A DNA stretch of 64,000 nucleotides from Planctomycetota bacterium. GTDB lineage: Bacteria; Planctomycetota; UBA11346. How positions within the stretch are numbered: position 1 is the first letter of the stretch; every line of letters starts with the position of its first letter. Shown here in pieces: positions 50,267 through 60,800 of the stretch. The translations under genes and the position numbers were made by a program. The notes beneath the pieces were generated by a model, which saw only the letters and a program-made list of their open reading frames with translations, did not search any database and was not told where the DNA came from. Location: contig JBBQSO010000012.1 in assembly GCA_038213805.1 (NCBI GenBank), positions 1 through 64,000 of the forward strand. The letters run 5' to 3'.

Positions 50267-51975
50267 GCGCCGCACGACTGCTGCTACGCCTGGCGCTGCT
50301 CGCCCTGCCGCTGGCGGCGGCCAGGGCAGAAACACTGGTCTGCGCCGGCGTGCTCGGTAATTCCGGCGAGCAAGGTCGCGACCTGGCGCGCTGCGCAGCG
50401 GCGCCGGCGCGCGGCCTGGGAGTGGTCTGCGACCGCTTCGGCACATTGTGGGACCGCGCCGGTTCCGGCGTGCTCGCCCGCTACGCCGTCGATGGACGCA
50501 TGCTCGCCCAGTATCGCATCCCCGCCGAGAACGATCGCCGCGACCAGCTCGCCCTGGTTGGCGACACCCTGGTGCTGCTCATCAATGGTCGCCTGCACAC
50601 CCTGGCGATCACCGCGCTGCCGGACAGCGCGGCCACGCCGATGACGATCGAGGCGACCTGCCTGTCGCCTTCCGCGTGGCACGGCACGGTCGCCATCGCC
50701 ACCAAGCAGGGCCTCGCCACCTGGGCGGTCGCTGAAGAGGCGGCACCGCGCCCGGTCGCCGCGCTGGCCGGAATCGAGGCGGTCGAGATCGGCGCGGACG
50801 GCGCGCTCTACGCCATGGTCGAGTGGCAGGTGCACAAGTTCGTGGCCGGCGCCGAGATCAGCGATGGCTGGCCGCGCGCCGCGCCCGGCGAGCGGCCGCA
50901 GCTCCTCGACGGCTGGTGGTATGGCCACGCCTGGAACAGCACCATCAAGCGCTGCGACGCCGACCTCGCACCGCAGCCGGGCGTGGTGCTGGGCGGCGCC
51001 TCGGGTTCGTTCATCGGCCACCTCGACCAGAGCGCCGACCTGGTCAACGGTCGCGGTCTAGCGCGGCTGGATCGCGACCTGTTCGCGGTCTCGGGCTTCA
51101 CCGGCACGCTGCAGCTGCTGGCCTGGAACGAAAATGCGCGGCAGTTCGCCGTGGTGCGGCGCATCGCCGCGCTGCCGCGCTGTCCGGCGCTGGGACTCGA
51201 CCGCGCCGGGGACGTCTGGCAGTGGAACGGCGCCTGGCGCTGGGACGACCGGCCCGACGCGCCGCTGCGCGACGGCGTCACGCCACCGGAGGAGCTCGGC
51301 CAAGCGGTGATGCTGGATGACGACGTGATGGTCGCGCCCGGCGTGATGTGGGGCAAGCCGACGCTGATGCACGGCCGCCTCGATGGCGAGGTCGCGGTCG
51401 AGCGCATCGAGGAACATTGCACGCTGCGCCGCAATCTGGTCGGCAGCGCCACTTACCGCGATGGCGATCACCTGGTGCTGCTGACCATCGACGCTGCTGG
51501 CGCCGGCCACGCCTTCGCCATCGATCCGGTGGGCCATTTCCGCGGCGATCTCGGGGCGGTCGAACTCGCCACCGCGACGCCGGTGGTGGCGTGGACCGCG
51601 TTGGCCATGGCTGGCGCCGATGCGCTGCTCGCCACGGGCGACGGCTGTGTGCTGGAGTTCGCGCGCGCTGGCGGAGGCTGGCACGAAACGCGACGCTGGC
51701 GTTCCTGGGGCGCCGGTGAGACGGAGCACTTCGGCGCGGTGATCCACATCAGTAGCGATGCGCACACCCTGGCCGTCTCCGACCGCGACCGCCACCGCGT
51801 GCTCTGCTTCGCTACCGGCGGTGGCAGCCCGCGTGCGACCTTCGGCCGCTGCGACGAGGCTGGCGCCGACCTCGCCACGCTGAGCGCGCCGACCACCGTC
51901 GCGGTGCGTGGCGAGCGCGTCGTGGTCTTCGATGCCGGCAACCAGCGCTTGGTGAAGCTGCTCAGCGCGCCGTGA
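50263..51975 (+). CDS. Secreted beta-propeller (NHL-like) protein
   Basis: ATGA overlap, signal peptide, VSDRDRHRVL, LSAPTTV..VFDAGNQRLVK. Confidence 0.7.
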   Translation: MSAARLLLRLALLALPLAAARAETLVCAGVLGNSGEQGRDLARCAAAPARGLGVVCDRFGTLWDRAGSGVLARYAVDGRMLAQYRIPAENDRRDQLALVGDTLVLLINGRLHTLAITALPDSAATPMTIEATCLSPSAWHGTVAIATKQGLATWAVAEEAAPRPVAALAGIEAVEIGADGALYAMVEWQVHKFVAGAEISDGWPRAAPGERPQLLDGWWYGHAWNSTIKRCDADLAPQPGVVLGGASGSFIGHLDQSADLVNGRGLARLDRDLFAVSGFTGTLQLLAWNENARQFAVVRRIAALPRCPALGLDRAGDVWQWNGAWRWDDRPDAPLRDGVTPPEELGQAVMLDDDVMVAPGVMWGKPTLMHGRLDGEVAVERIEEHCTLRRNLVGSATYRDGDHLVLLTIDAAGAGHAFAIDPVGHFRGDLGAVELATATPVVAWTALAMAGADALLATGDGCVLEFARAGGGWHETRRWRSWGAGETEHFGAVIHISSDAHTLAVSDRDRHRVLCFATGGGSPRATFGRCDEAGADLATLSAPTTVAVRGERVVVFDAGNQRLVKLLSAP

Positions 51976-52040
51976 GCCACGAGTTTCGCATCACGAGCTG
52001 CGAGTGACGGCATTCGCGTCTCGCGTCTCGTAGCTCGCGA
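51973..52040. repeat. Degenerate heptamer hairpin (GAGCTGCGAG / CTCGTAGCTC)
   Basis: Same family as 46533 and 37568; starts at the stop codon. Confidence 0.6.
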
Positions 52041-52109
52041 CCCGTCGCACCCGGACGGGGAAGGCCATGGCTTCCCGTCGCTCCCCGCTATGGTCGCGCC
52101 CCACGCGCG

Positions 52110-54113
52110 ATGGCAGATGATCCGACCATCTTCGATCTGCTCGGACCCGGGCAGCCGGAGCGGCCTGTGCCGGTCCCGGACGTAGCCGATGGCGGCGAGC
52201 TGACTGATGCGCTGATCGCTGCGGCGGTGGCCGCGCTGCGCGCGCGGGGGCCGCTGCTGCCCCCGGCGGATATCCCGCCCGCGCCTCACGGCCAGCGCGT
52301 CTGGGTCTATGACACCGAGGTCTTCCCCAACCTGGTGCTGCACGTCTTCACCGACGGGCGCAGCACCGAGGTCTTCCATCAGGGGACCTGGGACGCGCTT
52401 CGGACCTTCGTCAGCGATCCGGGCAAAGTCCTGGCCGGCTTCAACAGCTCGGGCTACGACGACCCGGTGCTGCGCCGCATCCTCGCCCGACCGCACCCCA
52501 CGTTGGCGGATATCTTTGCGCTCTCGGGCGAGATCATCGGCGGCGAGCTGCCGCGTGAGCTGCGCTGGGGGCCGGTGCCGTGGGCGCACGGCATCGATGT
52601 GCTGCAGCTGCTCAATGGCCGCGGTTCGCTCAAGGAGTGGGAGTGCCGCCTGGGGCTCGACCTGGTCGCGGAGTCGCCGTGCGATTTCGCCGCGCCGCTG
52701 CCGGCTGGCGCCATCGGCGAGGTGCTGCGCTACTGCCTCAACGACGTCGCGGCGACCGTGCGGCTGCTGCTCGCCAACTGGGACCTGGTGGCGATGCGCG
52801 CGGTGCTGCAGGGCATCTATGGCCAATCCGACACCATCTATGCCACCACCGAGGCCGGCATCGCCGAGGCGACCCTGGCCGACCTGGCGCGCCGCGCCAG
52901 CGGGGTGACGCGCAGCCAGCTCAAGGCCGCGGCCGCCGCCAATCCCGACAACCGCCCGCGCACGTGGCCGCTGGATGGATTGATCGCGCCGCGCGTCACT
53001 TTCGTCACCCCGCCCTTCTGCACCCTGCTTGCGGCGGTACGGGCCGGGTCGCTGGTGATCGGCGCGCGCGGTGGCGCGCTCGACCTGCCGCAGCTCCCCG
53101 GTCAGGTGTTCACGCACGACGGCACGCTCTATCAGCTCGGCACCGGCGGCCTGCACTCGCTCGACCAGCCCGGCTCGTGGCGCGCCGACACGGACACCGC
53201 CCTCATCGATCTCGACGTGACCAGCTACTATCCGTCGCTGATCATCAACGAGGGCTGGCACCCGCGCCACTATGGTCCGGCCTTCGTTGAGCACCTGCGC
53301 GGCATGCGCGACCGCCGCGTCGCCGCCAAGAACGCCGGCGACAAGCGCACCGCCACCGCGCTCAAGATCGTCATCAACTCAATCTACGGCAAGCTCAACG
53401 ACGCCTACAGCAGCATCCGCTCGGTGCCCGACGCCTTCCGCGTCACGCTCAATGGCCAGCTGCTGCTGCTCATGCTCATCGAGGGGCTGTCCAGCGCCGG
53501 CGCCGAGGTGCTGAGCGCCAACACCGACGGCGTGACGGTACGCGTACCGCGCGTGCAGCTCGCGGCGGTCGAGGCCGCAGCCGCCGCCTGGGAACGCGCC
53601 AGCGCGCTCACCCTGGAGCGCACGTCCTATCGCGCCCTGCACCGCCGCGACGTGAACAACTACCTGGCCATCACCGCCGCCGGCGAGCTCAAGACCCGCG
53701 GCGCCTTCGGCGATGGCGCTAAGGGCGATGGCGCGGTGGTGCGCGAGGCCGCGGTGGCCTGGCTGGTCGAGGGCATCGAACCGTCCGAGACCGTGGCCCG
53801 CTGCAGCGACGTGCGCGCCTTCCTGTTCTACCAGCGTACGCGCAGCGACGCGCTGCTGGTGCACGGCGAGCGCGCACTCGGCCGCATCGCGCGCTGGTAT
53901 GTCGGCTTCGGCGGCCCCACCCTGCGCCGGCGCAGCCTCGCCGAAGGCACCCTCACCACCGTCGCCCATGGCCACCACGCGCGCCTCGCCATGGATATCG
54001 CCGGCTGGACGATGGCCGACCTCACCACCCTTGACCGCAGCGCCTATGTCGCCGAGGCGTGGCGCCTGATCAACGCGGTGGCGCCGCGCGAGGGGCTGGT
54101 GGGAGACGGATGA
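52110..54113 (+). CDS. Phage-type family-B DNA polymerase with 3'-5' exonuclease
   Basis: ExoI YDTE, ExoII FNSSGYD, ExoIII YCLND; GTGGLH; motif A DVTSYYPS; motif B KIVINSIYGK; motif C NTDG; RDVNNY. Confidence 0.92.
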   Translation: MADDPTIFDLLGPGQPERPVPVPDVADGGELTDALIAAAVAALRARGPLLPPADIPPAPHGQRVWVYDTEVFPNLVLHVFTDGRSTEVFHQGTWDALRTFVSDPGKVLAGFNSSGYDDPVLRRILARPHPTLADIFALSGEIIGGELPRELRWGPVPWAHGIDVLQLLNGRGSLKEWECRLGLDLVAESPCDFAAPLPAGAIGEVLRYCLNDVAATVRLLLANWDLVAMRAVLQGIYGQSDTIYATTEAGIAEATLADLARRASGVTRSQLKAAAAANPDNRPRTWPLDGLIAPRVTFVTPPFCTLLAAVRAGSLVIGARGGALDLPQLPGQVFTHDGTLYQLGTGGLHSLDQPGSWRADTDTALIDLDVTSYYPSLIINEGWHPRHYGPAFVEHLRGMRDRRVAAKNAGDKRTATALKIVINSIYGKLNDAYSSIRSVPDAFRVTLNGQLLLLMLIEGLSSAGAEVLSANTDGVTVRVPRVQLAAVEAAAAAWERASALTLERTSYRALHRRDVNNYLAITAAGELKTRGAFGDGAKGDGAVVREAAVAWLVEGIEPSETVARCSDVRAFLFYQRTRSDALLVHGERALGRIARWYVGFGGPTLRRRSLAEGTLTTVAHGHHARLAMDIAGWTMADLTTLDRSAYVAEAWRLINAVAPREGLVGDG

Positions 54114-54150
54114 GCTGCGAGTCGCGAGGCTCGTAGCTCGAAGCTCGCGC
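54111..54150. repeat. Degenerate heptamer hairpin after the PolB stop
   Basis: TGAGCTGCGAGTCGCGAGGCTCGTAGCTCGAAGCTCGCGC. Confidence 0.6.
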
Positions 54151-54208
54151 GCTCCGGACCCACGAGAATCCCTTCCCACCCCATCCACCTTCCTGATCAT
54201 CCCGCTGC

Positions 54209-54613
54209 ATGCGCGCCACCCTGCCCGCCTTCCGCGTCTGTCGCAGCCCCATCCACGGTCGCGGTGTCTTCGCCGCCACGCGCATCCCGCGCCGCATGAA
54301 GCTCGGCGAGGTCTCCGGCGAGCTGTGCCGTCTGCCACAGGCGCGCCAGGCCATGCAGGCCCGCAGCGTCATCCATCTTGTCGAGCTCAGCCGGCGCTGG
54401 GCACTGGACTGCTCGCGTGGCAATCATTTCCGCCACCTCAACCATTCCTGCCAGGCGAACTGCTACCTGCGCATCTGGCGCCGCCGTGTCGAAGTCTACA
54501 GCCGCGGCGTCATTGCCCGTGACCACGAGTTGACCGTCGATTACCGCAGCACCCAGCATCCCGGCGGCATGGTGTGCGGCTGCGGCCGCCCTGGGTGCCG
54601 TTCGCTGCTGTGA
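54209..54613 (+). CDS. SET-domain protein (lysine methyltransferase fold)
   Basis: SPIHGRGVFA, RHLNHSC, ELTVDY, post-SET CGCGRPGC. Confidence 0.92.
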   Translation: MRATLPAFRVCRSPIHGRGVFAATRIPRRMKLGEVSGELCRLPQARQAMQARSVIHLVELSRRWALDCSRGNHFRHLNHSCQANCYLRIWRRRVEVYSRGVIARDHELTVDYRSTQHPGGMVCGCGRPGCRSLL

Positions 54614-54617
54614 CGCC

Positions 54618-54642
54618 GCGCCCCTGAATCATCCAGGGGCGC
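54618..54642. terminator. Hairpin between convergent genes
   Basis: GCGCCCCTG-N7-CAGGGGCGC, no clear U tract. Confidence 0.5.
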
Positions 54643-54662
54643 CCGTCCGCGTGCTCGCCGCT

Positions 54663-57398
54663 TCAGCGACGATCCGTCAGCATGGCTAGCAGCGGCGCCA
54701 CTTCCTCCGCTGCGAAGGCCCGGGCCGACGGCTTCCGCATGCCGACTGCCGCCGGAGCGACCAGTTCGATCTTCCAGCGCTGCGCGGCGGTACCGTTGTC
54801 GGTGTGCTGCTTGACGTTGATCCCGTCGGCGGTCCCAGAGCCATCCACGTCCAGGCAGTCGCCGCTGCACTGCGCCGTCAGCCGGTACCAGCCGCCGCCC
54901 ATGTCAGCGATCTTCCAGCGCTGCGCGGTGCCGCCATTGTCCGTCCACTGCTGGACATTCGTATCGTTGGCACTGCTCGCGCCGTTCACGTCCAGGCATT
55001 TGCCACTGCACTGCGCGGTGAGCTTCCACCAGCCGCCGCCCTGGTCGTCGAGCCGCCAGCGCTGCGCCGCCGAGCCATTGCTGGTCCACTGCTGGACGTT
55101 GGTGCCGTCCGACGTCCCGGCGGCGTTCACATCCAGGCACTTGCCGCTGCACTGCGCGGTCAGCGTATAGGTCGCGCCAGAGGCCAGACCCGTCGTCTGG
55201 ATGCGGTCGATCCGCCAACGCTGGGCATCTGTGCCGTTGTCCGGCGCCTGATTGATCGGTGTGCCGTTGGTGGTGGCGGAATGCAGCACGTCCAGGCACA
55301 TGCCACTGACCTTGGCGATCACCTTCATGGTGCCGTCACCGCGGTCGACGATCATCCAGCGCTGCGCGGCGCTGCCGTTGTCGGCCGCCTGGTCGACGCG
55401 CGTGCCGTCGCTCAGCCCGCCGCCCTGCACGTCGACGCGCAGGCCATTCGCCTGGGAGGTGATGCGGTAGCCATCGCCCAGGTCCTCGATCTTCCAGCGC
55501 TGCGCATTGGTGCCGTTGTCGGTATACTGCTGCAGCACGGTCCCGGCCGCGCCGGTCGAGCCCGGCACGTCCAGACACTTGCCACTGGCCTGTGAGGTGA
55601 AGCGGTAGACGCCGCCCGAGGTGATCGCCGCGATGCGCGGGTACACATCGACGAAGGTCGTGCCGGTCAGTCCGGCGCTGTCCGTGACGGTAAGGTGCAC
55701 GCGGTACCACTGCACGGGATCGGTCTCGCCGACCGCGGGTACGGTGAAGCTGCCGGTCGCGCCGGACAGCGGGCCCAGGAAGGGATGGGTATGGACCTCG
55801 TGGTGGAAGACGATGGTCCAGCTGAGCGCGCTGGCCGGCAGCGCGCCGTCCACCGCGTCCTGGCCCGTCCCGGCGTAGGCGATGGTCGCGCCGTCGCTGA
55901 ACAGGGAGAAATTCCGGGGCGCGGTGATGGTCGCCACCGGTGCGGTGCGGTCGCGCACTGTCAGCACCGCCTCGGCGCTGGTCGCGCTGCCCGCAGCGTT
56001 GCGCACCACCGCGCGGAAGCGCGCGCCATCGTCGGCGAGGGCGGCGGTAATCGCATAGGTCGCCCCGGTCGCCCCGGCGATATCGACCCCGCCACGCTGC
56101 CATTGGAAGCTGAGCGGCGCCGCGCCCGAGGCCCCGACGGTGAACGACGCGCGGCCGCCGACGCCGGTGGTGGCCGGCTGCGGCTGCGCCGAGATGCTCG
56201 GCGCCTGGCTGCCCGTGTAGGTGATGCGGACCAGGCGGCCGCTCGCCGACGAGGTGTTGTCCGCGCTCGAGCCGCGTGCCAGGTACCACAGCGCGCCATC
56301 TGGCGCCGCGCGCAGGTCGATCGGATTGGCGACGCCGCGCGCGAAGACCGTGGCCGCGCCCTGGTCGGTTGCGTCGCCGCGCAGCGCCTGCGGATCGATG
56401 AAGCGGATCCAGCCGTTGGAGTAGTCGCTGAAGAAGTACTTGCCGACGTAGCCCGCGGGGAACATCGCGGTCGCGGGATCGTAGAACGTCCCGCCGGTGA
56501 TGGCCGAGCCACGGGTGTCGCCGCTGCCGTGCGGGTAGGTGAAGACCGGGTCGCGATAGCGGCTGTCGTGCAGCACGCCGTCGGTGGCGCCGCCGGTGAA
56601 CCCGTAGTTCGCGCCGGCCACACCCAGGTCGATCTCCTCCCAGCTGTTCTCACCGACGTCGTTGATGAAGTATCGGCCCGTTCCGGGTTGGAATGCGGCG
56701 GTGAAGGGGTTGCGCAGGCCCAGCGCCCAGATCGCCTGGTTGCGACCGCTGGTCTGGCCGACGAAGGGGTTGTCGGACGGGATCGAGCCGTCGGCGTTGA
56801 GGCGCAGCACCTTGCCCAGCACGTTGGCCAGGCTCTGGTCGTTGGCCGAGCTAGCGTTGTTGCCGGTCGCGACGTAGAGCTTGCCGTCGGGCCCGAAGTG
56901 GATCGCGCCACCGTTGTGGTTGCCCGCGCTCGACAGGTTGTCGCACTCGAAGATCACCGTCTCGGCGCCCGCCACGTCGCCGTTCAGGGTGAAGCGGCTG
57001 ACGCGGTTGTGCGTCGCCGGCGTGCGCGCGGTGTAGTAGACGTAGATGCGGTGATTGTTGGCGAAGTCGGGATCGCAGGTGACGCCATCCAGACCGCGCT
57101 CGTTGAAGTTGTCCACCTGACCGCTGATGTCGAAGGCGGGAGTGGTCAGCAGCGCATTGCTCTTCACCACGCGCAACCGTCCGACCTTCTCGCAGACCAG
57201 CACGCGCCCGTCGGGCAGCACCTCCATGGCAGTCGGGTCCAGGCCACTGGCGACCTGGACCTCGGCGAAGCCGCTCGGCAGGGTCGCCGCCGGGGCCATG
57301 GGGGTGGCGATCAGGGCAAGCAGGGTGAGCGCGCCGGCCGACAGCGCGGCCAGCCAGCCGCGGCACGGCCGCGGCGTGGGGTTGATGATGCGACGCAT
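54663..57398 (-). CDS. Secreted PQQ-type sugar dehydrogenase (GSDH) + Ig-like domains + two ricin-B/CBM13 domains
   Basis: ERGL, NHNGG, FGPDGKLY, GLRNP, DVG..WEEI; repeated SGKCLDV..QQW..AQRW. Confidence 0.92.
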   Translation of the reverse strand: MRRIINPTPRPCRGWLAALSAGALTLLALIATPMAPAATLPSGFAEVQVASGLDPTAMEVLPDGRVLVCEKVGRLRVVKSNALLTTPAFDISGQVDNFNERGLDGVTCDPDFANNHRIYVYYTARTPATHNRVSRFTLNGDVAGAETVIFECDNLSSAGNHNGGAIHFGPDGKLYVATGNNASSANDQSLANVLGKVLRLNADGSIPSDNPFVGQTSGRNQAIWALGLRNPFTAAFQPGTGRYFINDVGENSWEEIDLGVAGANYGFTGGATDGVLHDSRYRDPVFTYPHGSGDTRGSAITGGTFYDPATAMFPAGYVGKYFFSDYSNGWIRFIDPQALRGDATDQGAATVFARGVANPIDLRAAPDGALWYLARGSSADNTSSASGRLVRITYTGSQAPSISAQPQPATTGVGGRASFTVGASGAAPLSFQWQRGGVDIAGATGATYAITAALADDGARFRAVVRNAAGSATSAEAVLTVRDRTAPVATITAPRNFSLFSDGATIAYAGTGQDAVDGALPASALSWTIVFHHEVHTHPFLGPLSGATGSFTVPAVGETDPVQWYRVHLTVTDSAGLTGTTFVDVYPRIAAITSGGVYRFTSQASGKCLDVPGSTGAAGTVLQQYTDNGTNAQRWKIEDLGDGYRITSQANGLRVDVQGGGLSDGTRVDQAADNGSAAQRWMIVDRGDGTMKVIAKVSGMCLDVLHSATTNGTPINQAPDNGTDAQRWRIDRIQTTGLASGATYTLTAQCSGKCLDVNAAGTSDGTNVQQWTSNGSAAQRWRLDDQGGGWWKLTAQCSGKCLDVNGASSANDTNVQQWTDNGGTAQRWKIADMGGGWYRLTAQCSGDCLDVDGSGTADGINVKQHTDNGTAAQRWKIELVAPAAVGMRKPSARAFAAEEVAPLLAMLTDRR

Positions 57399-57698
57399 GG
57401 GGTGTTCCTGCTGGGTGAAGCGGAAGAAGCGGCAGTGGGTGCCGCATTCGTATGGACCACGGACGTGGCGCATGTCGGTCTTTTATGTCGATACCGATCT
57501 GGCGACTATGCAGGGTCTTTGGCAGGGTTGGTCAGGAGCTGAAGCCCGCGTACGAGATGCCCCGGGTGGTCACGCATAAATTCAGCATCCGCCTGCCGCG
57601 CTCCTGGACGACGGTCGACGTCCGGCGGTTCGCGAAAGCCGCGCAGTTCATCTGGCATGCGCCGCAGTGTCGAGCGACATGCCCGAACAACCCGTATT

Positions 57699-57714
57699 GA
57701 AAAAACGTTTTTTC
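57699..57714. promoter_or_regulatory. LacI-family operator candidate GAAAAAACGTTTTTTC
   Basis: Perfect 16-bp palindrome with central CG, strongly AT-rich in GC-rich DNA. Confidence 0.65.
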
Positions 57715-57752
57715 TAGACAACGCAAGCGGGCGACCACGGTACGAACTCGTG

Positions 57753-57766
57753 TGGAAGCGCTTTCA
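57753..57766. promoter_or_regulatory. LacI/cre-like operator candidate TGGAAGCGCTTTCA
   Basis: Fits the TGnAAnCGnTTnCA pattern. Confidence 0.6.
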
Positions 57767-57804
57767 GACCACCTCCTGATCGACCACCTCACCCTGGGAT
57801 CACC

Positions 57805-60800
57805 ATGCCGCTCGCCCGCCCCATCAGCATCCGCCTCCTATCCCTGCTTGCCCCCGCCCTGCTCTCGGGCGCTTTGCTCGGTGCCCAGGACCAGCCTGTG
57901 CCAGGCTCCCTGCCGGTGCTGCTGATCGGCGGGCAGAACAACCACGACTGGAAGCTGACCAACGCCTTCCTGATGGACCTCTTCCACGCCGCCCCGGGCC
58001 TCGCCGCGGTCGAGGACGACACGCCGCCCGCCGACGCGCCACCCGCAGCCTGGGACGCCTGGCACCCGCAGTTCACCAAGTACCGCTGCGTGGTCCTCGA
58101 CTACAACGGCCAGATGTGGCCCGACGCGGTGAAGCAGGACTTCGAGGCCTACATCGCCGGCGGCGGCGGCGCGCTGGTGCTGCACGCCTCCAACAACAGC
58201 TTCACCGGCTGGACCGAGTACGAGAAGATGGTCGGCATGCTGTGGCGCGACCAGAAGTACGGCGCCAGCCTTTACGTCGACGCGCAGGGCACGGTCGTGC
58301 GCGAAGAAGCCGGCCAGGGCCGCGGCATGGGCCACGGCGCGCAGTACGACTGGCAGCTCACCATCCGCGACGCCGTCCATCCCATCACCGCGGGCATGCC
58401 CGACCACTGGCTGCACATCAAGGATGAGCTCTACCACGGCCAGCGCGGGCCCGCACAGGACGTGCACATCCTGATGACGGCCCACTCCGATCCCGGCAAG
58501 GGCGGCACCGGCAAGGACGAGCCGATCGTGTGGTGGGTGCCCTATGGCAAGGGCAAGGTGGTGACCGATGTGATGGGCCACGTCGGTGAGACCGCGACCC
58601 TGTCCTGCGTCGGTTACCAGACCACCGTGCTGCGCGCGATCGAATGGCTGGCCACCGGCGCCTGCGCCACGCCCATCCCCAAGGACTTTCCCACGCCCGA
58701 GCGCACCACGCAGCGCTATCCCGGTGGTCCGGCCAAGTCGCTCGATCCCGAGATGACGCCCGCGGAGTCGCTCGCGCGCTTCAAGTTGCCGCCCGGCTAC
58801 CACATCGAGCTGGTCGCCAGCGATCCCACCATCATCAACCCGGTGGCGTGCAGCTGGGACGGCGACGGCCGGCTGTACGTCGCGGAGATGCGCACGTACA
58901 TGCTCGACGCCGACGCCAAGGGCGAGAACGAGCCGCGCTCGCGCGTCACCCGCCTGGTCGACTCCAAGGGCACCGGCGTCTACGACCAGGCCACCGTCTT
59001 CGCCGACGGCCTGGTGCTGCCGCGCATGGTCCTCGCCCTCGGCAAGCGCGTGATCATCGCCGAGACCTCCACCGGCAAGTTCGTCTCGTACGGTGACAAG
59101 GACGGCGACGGCGTCGCCGATGACAAGGTCGAGGTCTTCGACGGCGGCCGCAGCAACGGCAACCTCGAGCACCAGGACAGCGCCCTGCAGTGGAGCCTGG
59201 ACAACCGCCTCTACACCGCGCAGGTCGGCAGCCGGCGCTTCCGCATCGCCGCCGACGGCCACTGGGATTCAGAGCCGCTCTACGGTCGCGGCTCGCAGTG
59301 GGGCCTGGCGATCGACGATCTCGGCCGCACCTACAGTTCGGCTGCGGGCGGCGAAAACGGCGCCTTCGGTTTCCAGCAGCTGCCCGCGTATGGCGCGCTC
59401 GAACTCGAGGGCGAGCAAGGCGAGGGCTTCACCGAGGTCTACCCGCGCCTGCAGACGGTCGACGTGCAGGGCGGTCTCGGCCGCGTCCATCCACTGCGCG
59501 GCACGCTCAACCATCTCACCGGCTGCGCCGGCCAGTCGATCTTCCGTGGCGACCGCCTGCCCGCCGACCTCGCGGGCGACTACATCCTGCCCGAGCCGGT
59601 CGGCCGCCTGGTGCGCCGCGCCAAGATCCAGGTCCAGGACGGCAAACGCGTGCTGGTCAACGCCTACGACCACGACGAGTTCATCACCTCGACCGATCCC
59701 TCGTTCCGCCCGGTGTGGAGCGCGACCGGTCCCGACGGCTGCCTCTACATCTGCGACCTGCACCACGGCATCATCCAGGAGGGCGCCTGGACCAACCCGG
59801 GTTCCTACCTGCGCGGCATCATCGATCGCGACGGGCATGCGAAGTATGTGGGCCATGGCCGCATCTACCGCGTCGTCGCAGACGGCTTCAAACCCGGCCC
59901 GCAGCCGCAGCTGCTGGAGCGCAAGGCGTCGGAGCTGGTGCAATACCTGGCCCACCCCAACGGCTGGTGGCGCGACACCGCGCAGCAGCTGATCGTGCTG
60001 TCCGGCGACAAGAGCGTGGTGCCGGCGCTGCAGCAGCTCGCGCGCTCGGGCTCCACGCCGCTCGGCCGCATGCACGCGCTGTGGGCGCTCGATGGCTTGG
60101 GCGCCAGCGACCACGACCTGCTTGTCGCCGCCTGCAAGGATGCGGACTGGCGCGTGCGCTGCGCCGCGGTGCGCATTGGCGAGGCACTGCTTATCAAGGG
60201 CGACGCGGCCTTCCTCGCCGCGCTCACTCCGCTCGGCGCCGACCCGGTCATCGACGTGGTGGTGCAGGTCGTCGACTCGCTGCGCTTCGTCACCGACCCG
60301 CAGGGCAAACTGCTGCTCGCGGCGATCGCGGCCCGCCACATCGGCAACGAGATCGTCACCGCCTCGGCGCAGCAGAGCCTGCGCTACGACCCCGCGCACC
60401 CCACGCCGATCAACGTCAAGCTCGACGCCAAGAGCCTGGCCCTAGCGAAGAAGGGCTACGAGCACTACACGCAACTGTGCTTCGCCTGCCACGGTCTCGA
60501 CGGCAAGGGCGTGACCAGCAACGACGGCCAGCGCATGGCCCCGCCGTTGTCCGGCTCGGCCCGCGTGCAGGGCAGCGCCGACGCGCTGACGCGCATCGTC
60601 CTCGACGGCCTGACCGGCGAGATCGACGGCAAGACCTACGTCGGCCTGATGGTGCCGATGAAGGCCAACGACGACCAGTGGCTGGCCGAGGTGCTGACCT
60701 ACGTGCGCAGCAGCTTCGGCAACAGCGCCCCGGCGATCACCGCCGCGGACGTCACGCGCATCCGCGCCGCCACCGCCAGCCGCGCCCAGCCCTGGACCAT

